Below are positions 61,590 to 64,000 of a stretch of 64,000 nt of DNA, piece after piece; position 1 is the first letter of the stretch, and every line of letters begins with the position of its first letter. The DNA comes from Paramoeba atlantica (lineage: Eukaryota > Protista > Discosea). The position numbers and the translations under genes were made by a program. The DNA lies in NCBI GenBank assembly GCA_977017575.1, contig CDRNVI010000140.1, positions 386,021-450,020 of the forward strand, read 5' to 3'. The notes under the pieces are model-generated. The model searched no databases and was not told the DNA's origin. It worked only from the letters and a program-made list of their open reading frames with translations.

Positions 61590-62030
61590 TCAATCAAAAG
61601 TCTCATCACAGAAGGATTTTGACTCCTCAAAAAAAAATTAAAAAAAATGTGAACCAATTAAGAATTGAATGAAAAATAAATTGATCAAAATCCTCGTCAC
61701 AGAAGGATTTTGACTCCTCAAAAAAAAATTAAAAAAAATATGAACCAATGAAGAATTGAACCCAAAAATAAATTGATCAAATTTCTCGTCACAGAAGGAT
61801 TTTGACTCTCCAAAAAAATTAAAAAAAAAAATATGAACCAATGAAGAATTGAACCTAAAAATAAATTGATCAAAATTCTCATCACAGAAGAATTTTGACT
61901 CCCCAAAAAAAATTAAAAAAAAAAATATGAACCAATCAAGAATTGAACCCAAAAATAAATTGATCAAAAGTCTAGATTTTGACTCCCAAAAAAAAAATAA
62001 AAAATTAAAAAATAAGAACCAACCAGGAAT
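61590..62030. repeat. Subtelomeric minisatellite, 4-5 units of about 90-94 bp
   Basis: Recurring TCACAGAAGGATTTTGACTCC and TGAACCAAT..AGAATTGAA..AAAAATAAATTGATCAAA. Confidence 0.88.
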
Positions 62031-63364
62031 CAAACCAAAACAAAGAGAGGTGTTATATTATTCAAGAGCAACAAATATATGAAAGCAAAACCTTAATAAA
62101 AATGGATTGATAATACAACAGAAAAATAACATATTAAATATTAACAATAAATAATCATCCCCAAAATATTAATAATTTTCATATATAAGAATTTCACACA
62201 AAGAACAAACAAAAAACAATAAATAATTAATCAACAACAACTAATTACCATAAAAGAAGTAAACCTGATTTAGCAGCACTCAAAAATGACTCCAAAAAGC
62301 AATAATATTTTTGTTCGGGGAGAGGCAGATGGGATGATAGTTGACATTTAACCACAACAACAATACAGCAACAGCAGCAATTGATCATTCTATTTTATTT
62401 CTTTAAAAGAGAGAAAGAGAAAAGAAAATGAAAAAAAAAGAAAAAAGTACTTGCAAAAGAGATTGAAAAAAAAGAGAGAGAAAAAGATTGCAACGACGAC
62501 AAATTTGGGGAGAAAAACTTCCTCTGCCCCACAACTACACTCTATTGAAAGAAAAAAAGATTTAAAAAGAGAGAAGAGAGAGAATAAGGTTATTAGAGTA
62601 AAGATGGGGAGATATCAATGAAAGAGAAAAGGAAAGAGGGGAGAAGCGAAGATTTGAGGGGGGGGAGGGGGAGGGGGGGAAAGGGAAAATGTCAGAGGAT
62701 TGATAAGATCTCCACAGAAAATAAACAACAAAACAATAAATGAAAGTCAATCCAAAGATCAAATTGAAAAAAAGCAGAAGGTGTGGTTTATATCAAATAA
62801 AAGGAACAACAAAAGAAAGAAAGAAAAAATAGGGTTTTGAACAAAAGAGAAAATATTCAAAGAGAGAAAACACAGAAAAAATCAAATGTAACAAAAAACA
62901 AAAGGATAAATCAAAACACAGCAGGCAGGGTTGTTGTTGTTGAAGGAGCACCAATGAAAGACAAAAGAGAGGGAAAAGCATAAAAGAGGAAAACACTCCA
63001 AATAAGAAAGAACAATCAAAGTGAAAAGAAAACACAAATTTTTGAGGAAAAGGTAAGAAAGGAGACAGGAGAAAAACAAAAAAGGGGAGAATCGACAGGG
63101 GAGATTCGACAGGAAAGAGCAGTGAGAAAGACTTCAAAATGAATAGAAGACAACAAGATAGAGATTTGAAATACAGAATAAGGTGGAAAGGGAAAGGGGA
63201 AAAAGGGAAAAAAGAAAGAGCAAAGAGGATACAAAAAGATAAAGAAAAGAATGAACAAAAGAACAAAGAAAGAAGAACAAATAAAAAAGACAAGACAAAC
63301 AAAAGGATGAAGAGAAACCACATCTCAAGCCTCATCCATTATGATACCCAAGAAAGGAAAAATA

Positions 63365-64000
63365 AGGGTTTAGGGTTTAGGGTTTAGGGTTTAGGGTTTA
63401 GGGTTTAGGGTTTAGGGTTTAGGGTTTAGGGTTTAGGGTTTAGGGTTTAGGGTTTAGGGTTTAGGGTTTAGGGTTTAGGGTTTAGGGTTTAGGGTTTAGG
63501 GTTTAGGGTTTAGGGTTTAGGGTTTAGGGTTTAGGGTTTAGGGTTTAGGGTTTAGGGTTTAGGGTTTAGGGTTTAGGGTTTAGGGTTTAGGGTTTAGGGT
63601 TTAGGGTTTAGGGTTTAGGGTTTAGGGTTTAGGGTTTAGGGTTTAGGGTTTAGGGTTTAGGGTTTAGGGTTTAGGGTTTAGGGTTTAGGGTTTAGGGTTT
63701 AGGGTTTAGGGTTTAGGGTTTAGGGTTTAGGGTTTAGGGTTTAGGGTTTAGGGTTTAGGGTTTAGGGTTTAGGGTTTAGGGTTTAGGGTTTAGGGTTTAG
63801 GGTTTAGGGTTTAGGGTTTAGGGTTTAGGGTTTAGGGTTTAGGGTTTAGGGTTTAGGGTTTAGGGTTTAGGGTTTAGGGTTTAGGGTTTAGGGTTTAGGG
63901 TTTAGGGTTTAGGGTTTAGGGTTTAGGGTTTAGGGTTTAGGGTTTAGGGTTTAGGGTTTAGGGTTTAGGGTTTAGGGTTTAGGGTTTAGGGTTAGGGGTT
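63365..64000 (+). repeat. Telomere (TTTAGGG)n, about 90 units
   Basis: Perfect heptamer array with the G-rich strand pointing to the window end; only the last ~10 nt vary. Confidence 0.98.

Noticed and set aside
59465-62030. CRISPR-like array
   Set aside because: Long degenerate tandem units without unique spacers, in a eukaryotic subtelomere
58100-63360. Phe/Lys-rich ORFs in the track (e.g. 62793-63335, 58887-59135)
   Set aside because: Products of poly-T/A and CT/GA low-complexity DNA; no motifs
1-64000. rRNA or tRNA genes
   Set aside because: No recognisable conserved rRNA motifs or cloverleaf with A/B boxes seen by eye; tRNAscan-SE would be needed to exclude them

Overview
Right-hand end of a chromosome from an AT-rich, intron-rich microbial eukaryote, probably a free-living amoeba (inferred from gene content and GTTTGT-type 5' splice sites). 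1-48.6 kb is gene-dense and mostly arranged as head-to-head pairs: a tandem GT90 glycosyltransferase array, sedolisin S53, BPHL-like hydrolase, ZIP transporter, three bacterial-PH-like membrane genes, a secreted EGF/PPC repeat protein, a class IV sirtuin-Kelch fusion, an intronless block (alpha-kinase, three Cys-rich secreted paralogues, bacterial-type arylsulfatase), mitochondrial TypA/BipA, an LRR(-RING) gene, an F-BAR/PH gene, a STAT-type SH2 gene, TMLHE and an ankyrin gene. From 48.9 kb the sequence is subtelomeric: a full-length chromodomain Ty3/Gypsy LTR element (281-bp LTRs, CTTT target duplication) is nested inside an older decayed Ty3/Gypsy, both showing directional C>T/G>A decay. It is followed by a ~180-bp satellite, an inverted repeat, a ~92-bp minisatellite and a (TTTAGGG)n telomere. 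Exon structures were assembled by eye, and all family calls come from motif recognition, not database searches.
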